64,000 nt of DNA from an uncultured Acidobacteriota bacterium (GTDB lineage Bacteria > Acidobacteriota > Blastocatellia > RBC074), in contig CAWCKY010000004.1 in assembly GCA_963796275.1 (NCBI GenBank), positions 736,001-800,000 on the forward strand, given 5' to 3'. Shown one piece after another: positions 13,256-22,280 of this stretch; positions within the stretch are counted from its first letter, which is position 1, and each line of letters begins with the position of its first letter. The notes below the pieces were generated by a model that ran no database searches, was not told the DNA's origin, and saw only the letters and a program-made list of their open reading frames with translations. The translations under genes were made by a program, and so were the position numbers.

Positions 13256-16200
13256 TTAATTAACGTATGGAATGGTAATCAATGATTGTTGTCCGTTGGT
13301 CATGCTCGCACTGGTCCGCAACTGGATTGCCTGCGTGCCCAGGACCGCCCAAACCTCGATTCGCACTCTCCCGTTGGTCAGATTGGCAAAGCTGCCGCTG
13401 GCGGACAGCAGCCCGTTCGCATGCGTATATGCCTCCCAACCGCTTATGTCATTGGTAGCGAAATATCGATACGTCTCGACCCGGTCGAATGTCCCATCTC
13501 CGGTGAAATCGTAGCTGACGCGTACCTGGACGGCATCTCCCACGTGGGCGCCGGGATCTACATAGAGCGTGAACTGGGTACTCCGAGTGGGATCGAAAGC
13601 GGCAGTGAGACCGCTGACCGTGTAAACCAGCGAGTTTGCGGGCATTCCGTCGTGATTGGCTCCACCCGCGCCGGGAATAGTATCGGTCAGGGCGCCAGCG
13701 CCAGGTGTCGCGGAGAGCTGACCGGATGTGCCCACCGCCGCACCGTCGAGGACGTAGAGTGAGTTTGAGAAAGCTGTCCCTCCCCCGCTCACCTGCACGT
13801 TATCGAAAGATGAGGCATTCAGGCACCCGGCGGCATGGCTCGTCACCGCCAGACCGATGAAGACCTGGGCAGCCATGCTGATCGTGGTCGTTCCCACCTG
13901 CGTCCATGTCGAGCCATTCGATGACCTGTGGGCCGTGATTGTGTTGCCGCTGCGATTGAGGCGAACCCAGGCTGGAACTCCTGATGCCCCGCCTGAAGTG
14001 TGGGTGCTCAATCCGTTGGTCGACGTTCGCTGCTGGAAGGCCAGCCCATTGCCGGGAGTTACAGACATAAGCGCGTGTTTGGAGCCGGATGCCAGCGACT
14101 CACGGATCATGACTCCAGCCTTCGCCCATGGATCCGTACTTTGCACAGATGTCACCCTGGCGACTATCTGACCGTTTCCGATCAAGGACTGGTAGACGAA
14201 CTGAAAGCCATCTGCCGTTCCCCAGATATCGGCCCCCGCCCCCCTGACGGTGAAGGTGCCGGAGGAGTGGCTCGCAGATCCGGCCGCCCCCGTTGAGCCC
14301 ACGTCAGCGTTCTGCCAGAGGCTGGGCAGTCCCCCGCCGCCGCCGCCGCTGGGGAGCGTAGTGGCTCCGGCCTGGTTCGATGGAGAAGATGAACCCGCTG
14401 TGTTGACCGCCGTCACTCGGTAGAAGTATGCCGTCGACGCGGCCAGCCCTGTGTTGGAGTAAGCGGTTCCTGTAATCCCGCTTGCAATCTGGTTGCTGGG
14501 CGATGGAGTGAACCCGCTGGCGGTGCCGCGGAAAACGTTATATGTCGCCCCCGACGTCGCCGATGCCGTCCAGGTCAGATTGATCGATGAACTGGAGACC
14601 GCGACGGCGCTCAGGTTGGCTGGCGGTGACGGAACCGATGGCTGAGATGCGCCATTATCCGACACCTGCGCTCCCGCCGGAACAGTGAGCGAGGCGCCAT
14701 CAGAAAAGTTCACCGTGACGCTGCTCCCGCTGGGATTGAATGCCACATGGGTCACAACACCGGAGCTCGGATTTCTAAAGACTGCGTAGAATGGCCAGTC
14801 GGCTGTCACCGCGGTGTGAACGCGTCCCAGAGCCGCTAAACTCTGAAGCCACGCATACTGGTGCGCCCGCGTTTCACCATCTTCCGTAAATGTGGTGTTG
14901 TTCCAACGATTGATCGCATCTGCCGGATCGAAGAAAGCTTCATACATTTGCATCAGGTCTGGCCAGTCCGGGAGTCCGCCTCCGCTCAAGTTCAACACTT
15001 CGTTGAAATTCCTTTGGCTGTACGCCGGATCGCGTCCCAGGTAGAGCGAGGCCCCGGTGAAGGGCAGGAACTGTATCCCGTGCGCGAATCCGGGCTGTGC
15101 GCCGAACCAGGTCGCCGTATCAGATTTCGCATCGAATAGGTTCGTGATCTGTGTCCGATTGAAACCCGCCGGGAATGTGTTCACCGAGCCGGCGTTAAAC
15201 CAGTAATAGAATGCCGCATTGGTCTCCTGCGTGTAGAGCCAGATCCCGGCGTCACGCAGCTGTGTGTTACCCGTGAGCGCACCGAACATTATCATGCCGG
15301 CCCACGCGTTGATCGCCTCTGAGGTCGATTCCTCATTGCCTCCATCTCCGAAGGGCGCCTGCCCCGATGCCCACGAATGGCCCGCGTAGACATCGAAATT
15401 GCGCAAGAAGGGAAACAGGCTGTCGCCCCGTTCGATACTGGCGATATCGCGAAGGAGCAGATCGACCATCCCGCCCCAATTGTTCGATGAAATCCAGTTG
15501 CGATCGTAAAGCCCCACCATTGCTGCCGCTTGAATCCAGTAGCCATAATGAAAATGGTGGTCGACCAGCGCGGTGTCGCTGCCGAAACTTGCCGGATATC
15601 CGATCAGGCTACCCCAATTATCATCGTAATAGAACAGCCTTGTACTCTTGCCGTTGGCATTGAACCAGCTCTGCAACTGTCCCTTGAGGCTGTCGAGCAA
15701 ACTGTTGAATGCATTCTGATCGCTCGCTTGAGCGATGGGAAGCAGTTGGGCGATTCGATTCAGCTGCTTGCCCAGGAAATAGGTATCCCCGGCTGTGAAA
15801 TGATTGCCTTCATTGACCACGCTGTTGAGCAAACCCTGCAGGGTGGCTGCGTTGTAGTTGGCTGTCCGCGGCAAATAGGGGAGGATGCCGTTGAAGGTGT
15901 CGACGGTCGTAAAGGAGGTGCTGCTCAAGACCCTCATCGGGCCACGAGGGCTGGCATAGGTGAAGGCGGTATTGATGGGTCCCTGCAGGGCTGCATATTG
16001 ATGGGGATACAACGCCATGAGAAAGCCCTGACTCACCCCGTCCATCGATTGCGTTGTGACGGTGTAGGTCGTGCTCACCCGGCTGTTGTTCTGATCGTAA
16101 TCCCAACTGACGGCCGTATCGATCGGGAACGAGAAGGCTCGGCTGGCGAAAGTGCTGAGCGCCGATTGATTGGGCAGAATGGCCAGAGAAAAATAGGTGG

Positions 16201-16873
16201 CACCGCCCGCCAGGTGGCAGGTCAGAGTGGTCGTACCGATTCCACTCCAGGTGCTGCCACTCGGACCAAATAGTCCATAATTGTTGCCGGCGATGCTGAC
16301 GCCGAGAATGTTGCCGTTATTGGCGAAGATCGTGGGCTGACCGCTAAACGTGACCGTCGGGTTGCTGCCATTCGTCCTGACATAAACGAACGGCATGCCG
16401 CGGCCGACGCGAGTCGTCATGGGCCCGAAATTGAAATCGACTGCCCAATCACTGAAGTCGCTAACATTCACCACTCCGGCATTCAGACCCGTCACACCCA
16501 CCGTCAAATCCGGCTGAAATGGCTTATTGAACCAGGTCCCATTATTGTTGACGGTCGGATAGTATCCGGCAACTAATCCGTTTGCGGTCACCTGAATCGA
16601 GAGCGGCTCCGGAAACATGTAGATCGGGCCGGGAGCGAATCCGAGCGGGCTCCAATACTTAGAAGTCCAAAACTTGTGGGTCGGAATCGCGCCCCCATGT
16701 GTTTGATAGATCGTGCTCTGAGGAGCCGCCGCTCCCGCCGGCACCACCGTCGTATAGCTCCCCGCACCCGCTCCCACCGTCTGAGCGCTGACTGTGCCGG
16801 AGCAAATCCATAATGTTAGAAATAGCAAAGCAGACCGGCCGATGTTAAATGGGACAAAGTATCGCTGATGCAT
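13256..16873 (-). CDS. Secreted GH81 endo-1,3-beta-glucanase with FN3 and C-terminal beta-sandwich modules
   Basis: Signal peptide; DHHFHYGYW, GHSWASG, NEESTSEA GH81 motifs; FN3 (PANLSAVAVSSSSINLTW...YFYRVTAVN); GADIWGTADGFQF / WAKAGVMIRE module. Confidence 0.9.
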   Translation of the reverse strand: MHQRYFVPFNIGRSALLFLTLWICSGTVSAQTVGAGAGSYTTVVPAGAAAPQSTIYQTHGGAIPTHKFWTSKYWSPLGFAPGPIYMFPEPLSIQVTANGLVAGYYPTVNNNGTWFNKPFQPDLTVGVTGLNAGVVNVSDFSDWAVDFNFGPMTTRVGRGMPFVYVRTNGSNPTVTFSGQPTIFANNGNILGVSIAGNNYGLFGPSGSTWSGIGTTTLTCHLAGGATYFSLAILPNQSALSTFASRAFSFPIDTAVSWDYDQNNSRVSTTYTVTTQSMDGVSQGFLMALYPHQYAALQGPINTAFTYASPRGPMRVLSSTSFTTVDTFNGILPYLPRTANYNAATLQGLLNSVVNEGNHFTAGDTYFLGKQLNRIAQLLPIAQASDQNAFNSLLDSLKGQLQSWFNANGKSTRLFYYDDNWGSLIGYPASFGSDTALVDHHFHYGYWIQAAAMVGLYDRNWISSNNWGGMVDLLLRDIASIERGDSLFPFLRNFDVYAGHSWASGQAPFGDGGNEESTSEAINAWAGMIMFGALTGNTQLRDAGIWLYTQETNAAFYYWFNAGSVNTFPAGFNRTQITNLFDAKSDTATWFGAQPGFAHGIQFLPFTGASLYLGRDPAYSQRNFNEVLNLSGGGLPDWPDLMQMYEAFFDPADAINRWNNTTFTEDGETRAHQYAWLQSLAALGRVHTAVTADWPFYAVFRNPSSGVVTHVAFNPSGSSVTVNFSDGASLTVPAGAQVSDNGASQPSVPSPPANLSAVAVSSSSINLTWTASATSGATYNVFRGTASGFTPSPSNQIASGITGTAYSNTGLAASTAYFYRVTAVNTAGSSSPSNQAGATTLPSGGGGGGLPSLWQNADVGSTGAAGSASHSSGTFTVRGAGADIWGTADGFQFVYQSLIGNGQIVARVTSVQSTDPWAKAGVMIRESLASGSKHALMSVTPGNGLAFQQRTSTNGLSTHTSGGASGVPAWVRLNRSGNTITAHRSSNGSTWTQVGTTTISMAAQVFIGLAVTSHAAGCLNASSFDNVQVSGGGTAFSNSLYVLDGAAVGTSGQLSATPGAGALTDTIPGAGGANHDGMPANSLVYTVSGLTAAFDPTRSTQFTLYVDPGAHVGDAVQVRVSYDFTGDGTFDRVETYRYFATNDISGWEAYTHANGLLSASGSFANLTNGRVRIEVWAVLGTQAIQLRTSASMTNGQQSLITIPYVN

Positions 16874-16947
16874 GGTTCCTCCTGATTTTCGTTAATTGAC
16901 GGTGGTTGATGTCGGTGGTTGATGGATACATCCTCGTCGTTCTTAAT

Positions 16948-17031
16948 AGTGACAGGTGACAAGTGACAAGAACTATTTTTATAATGCCGATCTAATGCCG
17001 CGACGAAAATGTATCGCATAAATGTATCGCA
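16948..17031. promoter_or_regulatory. Cluster of direct repeats in a divergent promoter region
   Basis: RGTGACA x3 (16948-16968), TAATGCCG x2 (16982-17000), AAATGTATCGCA x2 (17007-17031). Confidence 0.5.
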
Positions 17032-17157
17032 CACGAACATAACTATGTGGATGCAAGAACTGTCAACGACATTACAGTTACGTAACAGATAGAAAACAGT
17101 TATGAAGTGACAATTACGGATAAAAACACGGCAATTTAACTCTGGAATGACAAATAT

Positions 17158-18501
17158 ATGTTGACAGCAGGGATAACTGGCGCAGCCTCTCCGGCGCCGA
17201 CGGCTCAGGAGATTAGGGGCCTGCTGGAAAGAATTCTCAGCAGCAAACAATTCGCTAATGCGCCGAAGAAGCAAAAATTCCTCCAGCTGATCTGTGAGAC
17301 ATACATGGCGGGGCGGGCGGATGAGTTGAACGAGTATCTGATTGGGTACGAAGTATTCAATCGTCATGACACTTATAATCCTGCGCTCGACCCGATCGTT
17401 CGCGTCGGGGCTCACGAGTTGAGAAAGAAACTGGAGCATTACTACAAGAGCGAAGGGAAAAATGACGAGATCCTACTTGAAATTCCGGTCGGGAGTTACA
17501 TCCCTATCTTCACTCGGCGTCCCCTAGCATCGGAAACGATCGAGCCTGCCCAAGCGCCCAGTGCTCCCCCCGTTTCACCCATACGCCTCGGGATGTCCTG
17601 GTTCACCTTGATCGGTTTGGCATTTATCCTTTTGATCGTGGCGGTCATCTTGCTGGCATCCTCCAACCGGCAGTTACGACAGCAAATTAAAGAAGGTGTT
17701 CCGCCGAAGGAACTCACGGAGAATTATCGTCTGATCTGGGAGCCTTTCTTGAAGGATGGGTCTCCGACCCTGGTTGTGCTGAGCAATCCCACCGTCTATC
17801 GTTTTTGGAACAAGGCTGATCCTGACTCTTTGTCCTCCATATCCATAAATCTCACGGCGGCAGAGACCGCCGCTTTGGCAAAGACGCTCGGACGCGAACA
17901 ATTTGCCCTGAAGAATAATCTGCTGCCGCGGCTCGTACCCTCCTCCGACGAATATACCGGCCTCGGTGAGGCTGTCGGGCTCTATCGAATCGCTACGCTT
18001 TTCACGGGAATCGGCCGGAATATAAGGCTGAAGCAGAGCCGGACAGTCAGCGCCGAAGACTTGAAGAATAACCACGTAATTATGTTGGGAAGTGTCTGGG
18101 TCAACGAATGGTCGGGGAAGGTCTCGATCAAAGAAGATTTCGTTAGCAGCGCGGGCGGGACCATCCTGAACAAGAATCCGCTACCGGGAGAGCAACGAGA
18201 ATACAGCGCCAAATTCGATGGAACGACCGGTAGGCTGATCGAAGACTATAGCTTGATCACCATCAAGCCCAACATCTCGGATAAGCATACGGTTCTGGTG
18301 CTGGCCGGCACTCACAGCGAGGGGACTGAAGCTGCAGCCGAGTATTTAACCGGCGAGGATCGTTTAGCAGCCCTCAACCAACGGCTACTCGCATTTGATC
18401 CCACTCCCCCTAAATACTTTCAGGTCTTGCTTAAGGTCGCCATCGATAACGGGATTCCTACCACTATCTCGACCGTAACAGTTCACAAACTTCACTACTG
18501 A
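17158..18501 (+). CDS. Membrane-anchored putative regulator (N-terminal winged-HTH-like domain, one TM, extracytoplasmic domain)
   Basis: LERILSS..F, LNEYLIG.EVF.R, DPIVRV....LRKKL..YY, IP.GSYIP.F; TM WFTLIGLAFILLIVAVILLA. Confidence 0.7.
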   Translation: MLTAGITGAASPAPTAQEIRGLLERILSSKQFANAPKKQKFLQLICETYMAGRADELNEYLIGYEVFNRHDTYNPALDPIVRVGAHELRKKLEHYYKSEGKNDEILLEIPVGSYIPIFTRRPLASETIEPAQAPSAPPVSPIRLGMSWFTLIGLAFILLIVAVILLASSNRQLRQQIKEGVPPKELTENYRLIWEPFLKDGSPTLVVLSNPTVYRFWNKADPDSLSSISINLTAAETAALAKTLGREQFALKNNLLPRLVPSSDEYTGLGEAVGLYRIATLFTGIGRNIRLKQSRTVSAEDLKNNHVIMLGSVWVNEWSGKVSIKEDFVSSAGGTILNKNPLPGEQREYSAKFDGTTGRLIEDYSLITIKPNISDKHTVLVLAGTHSEGTEAAAEYLTGEDRLAALNQRLLAFDPTPPKYFQVLLKVAIDNGIPTTISTVTVHKLHY

Positions 18502-18717
18502 TTGAGAAATCAGACAAGAGCCATCGGCTCTTGCCACAATGTTGACCAATATCAGTTTCGTATTTCATGCACACAGCTACTGCGGTATTCAGACGGAGAA
18601 GTAGATATCAATATCGCATTCCAGCCGCATTAGCCTTTAGGAGCGCAGCGATTGCGCTGCAAGGATTGAGCTTAGCCCGGCCTTGATGGTTTTTGAAAAA
18701 ATAATCTAACCATAATG

Positions 18718-18756
18718 CATTACCTAAATGCATTACCTAAACAATCATTACCTAAA
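18718..18756. repeat. Three direct copies of CATTACCTAAA
   Basis: Copies at 18718, 18731 and 18746. Confidence 0.8.
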
Positions 18757-18770
18757 CTTTCGTCGAAATG

Positions 18771-18975
18771 AGCCCACGTAGTGGGCGATAGCATAAAGCC
18801 CGGGGTGGAGCCGAAGGCGTAACCCTGGGTTGGTCAACACCAAATCGCACGAGCCCACGAAGTGGGCGACAGACCTCGAATTTGCGCGCCTTGATCCCGA
18901 ACTCAGCCGCCCGTTTCACGTCACGAACCATATATTTATGACGCACTCAGACTTCGCCTCCACCCTGGGCTGGGC
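18771..18975. repeat. REP/BIME-like cluster, family A
   Basis: AGCCCACGTAGTGGGCGA, AGCCCGGGGTGGAGCCGAAGGCGTAACCCTGGG, AGCCCACGAAGTGGGCGACAG, TTCGCCTCCACCCTGGGCT. Confidence 0.75.
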
Positions 18976-19996
18976 TATATTCGCGTCTTGTCTGGGTGCA
19001 GCGTCAGTCCGGCTTGCGCCGTCCATTGCTGCACCAGCTCCAAGGCGTTTTGGGCTTCAGCTTCGCTGCGGCACAGGATCACGAAGTCATCGGCATAGCG
19101 CACCATCTCGAATCCGGCCGGCTTGCCATCAGCTGGTCCAGCGGATCGAGATAGATGTTAGACAGCAGCGGACTGATCACTGCTCCTTGCGGCGTCCCTG
19201 CTTCTGGCTTCCAGCTCTTCGCCAGCTCGCTCCAGGACTCCCTGTTTGAGGATACTTGCTGATCAAGCTCCAGCACTCGCCCGTCAGCGACCTTCTCCTC
19301 ACTCGCGGCATCAGCAACTGCTCGTGCGGAATCGTGTCGAAGTAGCTTTTCAGGTCGGCGTCGACGATCCACGTGTATCCTTCCTTGAGCAGTTGATCCA
19401 CTCGTCGCAGCGCATCTTTGCAGCCTCGTCCGGGTCGGAACCCATAGCTGTGTTCGGCGAAGTCCCGTTCGAAGATCGGTTCGATGACGTGGCCGCAGCG
19501 CCGTCTTGCACCACTCGGTCGCGCACCGTCGGTATACCCAGCGGTCGCTTCTCCCTGCTTCCTGGCTTGGCGTATCCATTCCCGCCGTACTCGCTTGCGG
19601 TTGATAACTCCCTTCCTGCAGCTGTTCGCGACAGTTGCTCAGGTTCTGCTTCCAAGTCTGCTGCTCGAACATCTCTATCGTCTGATGGTCTACTCCGGCC
19701 GCTCCGTCGTTGGCTTTCACTTTCGCAAACGCCGCCGCTACAGCATCCGCGGCGCGTACGACCTTATCTATCAGGCTGAACCATTTGCCTCCTTTTACCC
19801 CCTCTTCGAGGGCCGTCAACATCCGTTCCGTCCAGACCGCAGGTTCGACCCAGCCCAGCGGGCGCTGGATTTCTCCGGCTTGTTTAGCTTCTCAGGCACT
19901 GCCGCCGGTCTGTGTTTCCTTCGTGTCGGTCGTTCACGTCTCCACCTTCCTGCGCTCCCTTCGCTCCACTCCCGTTACGGAGCTTCATCGCTACTG
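18976..19996 (-). mobile_element. ltrA: Degenerate internal fragment of a group II intron (part of the ribozyme plus RT to just past YADD)
   Basis: ERMLTALEEGVKGGKWFSLIDKV, RPLGIPTVRDRVVQ, DADLKSYFDTIPH, GTPQGAVISPLLSNIYL, RYADDFVILC, LHPDKTRI in shifting frames; GTAGCGATGAAGC..GTAAC..GGAGCGAAGGG ribozyme segment; no maturase X domain or D5/D6. Confidence 0.85.
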
Positions 19997-20180
19997 TCGC
20001 GCGCTTCGCGGCCGATTCGGCGGCAAAGATGAGATGGAAAGATTATTTTTTCAAAGACCATCAAGACCGGGCTAATCCTCAATCGCCGCTATTGCGGCTT
20101 AGGAAATAACTCTTTATGCAACTGAAAAACGCTATTAATCTATAGCTGAGGAAAATCGGCACATCGCAAAACAGCGTTAA

Positions 20181-21398
20181 TCACATGAAATTCCGCGTAT
20201 GCAATCCAGCAAGCTCTGCAGCTTCCGCATCGCCGAATCCCAGCTTCTCCAACCGCCCCTTACGTCCTGCGTGCATTTCAGTCTTCAACATTTGCACATG
20301 AGCATAGCCGGCGGCAATATCCTGCGGTCTCCACGACCCCGCCGCCAGCAGAATCAACGCTTCAAACACCTCTTCGTTCAGTCCAGCAGTCTGGGCCAGC
20401 GCCTCGTGCCGCCTGGTGATGGCCATCGCCAAACGCTCGCGTAACGCGGGGTCACCCGCGAGCTGGTACTGCAAATGGCCGACGCCGAATGCCACGTGGC
20501 GTGCTTCGTCCTGCGCCACCAACCGAACGATCTCGCGCGTGAGCGGATCGGGCGCTCGTCGTTCCAGAAACCAGAGCAGGTTCAGAAACGTCCCTTCGCC
20601 CAGCACCGAAAGCAGAAACGATGCTAGCGCGAAGTCCGGCTCATCCAACAGCGTCTTGAGCGATTGCTGCCCGCTTACTGTAGATAAGCCCAGCTCTCTG
20701 CCGCGCAACGCCGCGCGGCGCGTGAAGACCTCGACGTGGCGTGCTTCATCCGCGATCTGTATGGCGAGCAATTGCAGGACTTCCCGAAAATGCGGATGAA
20801 TTTGGGCTATGAAGCGGGCCGGCACCTGCAATGCCGCATTCTCGTTCTCGATGAGATAGGTCATCACCTGGACGACCGCCTGCTCCACCTCTTCATCAAG
20901 CTCGAACGGCTCATCCCATTTAATCGCGGTCTGTGGATTCCATTGCGCAGCAGCCGCCTGCGCATAAAGTTTCGGGGCATTCTCGGCCCAAACCTGCTCT
21001 TTCGTCTGAAGAACATAGTGAAAAGCCGGCCCACCTGCTTCGACCGCGGCCCCGCGTGCGGCGAATCCCCAGTTGGCCGGCGGAGTCGCATTCACCGCAC
21101 CATCCACCCGCGCGTCGGCCCAACCCGCTCGCTCGGCCTGCCGCCAGCGCCCGTCCGCCGCGGCTCCGCGCACAATCCAGGCGACGAACCGATCATCTCC
21201 ATCCACATATTCATGCCCCTGCGCACGACACCAGCCGCGCAGATGCACGGCAAAATCCGGAGCGGCGGCGCGCACGCCGAGCCTGCCGCCGGCGGGCAAT
21301 TCGCGCAAGGCCCTTTTGAGAAGCATATGCGCGCCGGAGGCGAATGAGAGCGCCTCAATATCGATAATCCGAGATGGTGATGTTTCCGTGGTCGTCAT
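20181..21398 (-). CDS. TusA-like N-terminal domain fused to a ferritin-like di-iron domain
   Basis: LKRALRELPAGGRL.V...WCRAQGH (TusA/SirA pattern); ENE, DEARH, GEG, DEARH carboxylate di-iron ligands. Confidence 0.8.
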   Translation of the reverse strand: MTTTETSPSRIIDIEALSFASGAHMLLKRALRELPAGGRLGVRAAAPDFAVHLRGWCRAQGHEYVDGDDRFVAWIVRGAAADGRWRQAERAGWADARVDGAVNATPPANWGFAARGAAVEAGGPAFHYVLQTKEQVWAENAPKLYAQAAAAQWNPQTAIKWDEPFELDEEVEQAVVQVMTYLIENENAALQVPARFIAQIHPHFREVLQLLAIQIADEARHVEVFTRRAALRGRELGLSTVSGQQSLKTLLDEPDFALASFLLSVLGEGTFLNLLWFLERRAPDPLTREIVRLVAQDEARHVAFGVGHLQYQLAGDPALRERLAMAITRRHEALAQTAGLNEEVFEALILLAAGSWRPQDIAAGYAHVQMLKTEMHAGRKGRLEKLGFGDAEAAELAGLHTRNFM

Positions 21399-22236
21399 AA
21401 AACTTCAACTCCTCCACGGCCCGTTCTAGCATCTGATAGCCGGTAATGCGCCCGGGCCTCCACGCCTTCAATCCCTCCAGGTCAAGCAGCGGGCGAACCT
21501 CCGCATCATCGTAAGACATTCCCAGCAACAACTCGCGAAAGCGGTTCATAGGTTCGCGCGGCGCGTCATCGAGCGCGGTGAAATTGCAATGATCGTATGG
21601 AGCGGTCTGTGCCAGCACGCGCGTCGCTCCCGCCGGCAGCGTCCCTTCGTTGATAAATAGCAGGTGATTAGCGTCGATCATACAGGCAGCATCCACAGCG
21701 CCGGCAATCAGGGCGCGCGCTGCATCGCGCTCTCCTCCGATGTGATCTCCGTGTTTGCCGACCAGCATGTCATAGCGCACCACTTCGCAATCGACAAAGG
21801 GGTGCCCCCCATTCGCCCGCAAGTGAGAGAGCGGCAAAAGCGTGGCCTGCGGCGAATCTAACGCGCCGACGCCGATCTTCTTTCCCTTCAAATCTGCGAT
21901 GGATTGAATCGGTGAATCCGCTTTGATCACGATGACCGAAGTCAGGTTCTGATCCGTATCGCGCATCGCAATAGCTTCGGCTCGCTTCCCATGCGATCTG
22001 GCCAGCCGTTCCGCTCGCACCCACGCCAGCGGCGAGTTCCAGGCGATATGGAAGTGCCCCGCGAGATGCGCCTCGACCTGGCGCTCATAGTTTGAATAGA
22101 GCACATAATCAAAGGCCAAACCGTTTTTATTGAACCATCCTTTAAATCCTTCCCAGATAGTGACCACTTTCGGATCGTAAGCAACAGCACCAAGTATCAA
22201 AGTTTCGTTATTCATAATAAATTTGTGGTTAACCAT
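21355..22236 (-). CDS. PhnD/SsuA/transferrin-fold (PBP type II) protein without a signal peptide
   Basis: SVIVIKADSPIQSIADLKGKKI, DSPQATLLP; no hydrophobic N-terminus; overlaps the next gene by 44 nt. Confidence 0.8.
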   Translation of the reverse strand: MVNHKFIMNNETLILGAVAYDPKVVTIWEGFKGWFNKNGLAFDYVLYSNYERQVEAHLAGHFHIAWNSPLAWVRAERLARSHGKRAEAIAMRDTDQNLTSVIVIKADSPIQSIADLKGKKIGVGALDSPQATLLPLSHLRANGGHPFVDCEVVRYDMLVGKHGDHIGGERDAARALIAGAVDAACMIDANHLLFINEGTLPAGATRVLAQTAPYDHCNFTALDDAPREPMNRFRELLLGMSYDDAEVRPLLDLEGLKAWRPGRITGYQMLERAVEELKFYDDHGNITISDYRY

Positions 22237-22280
22237 AATTTCAATGAATTCAAGAGAAATCAGAGCTCAACCGACAATCA

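Noticed and set aside
18976-19996. RT as a retron, DGR or defence RT
   Set aside because: Motifs and the adjacent ribozyme segment are group II intron-type; no template/variable repeat pair or msr-msd was seen; the ORF is fragmented
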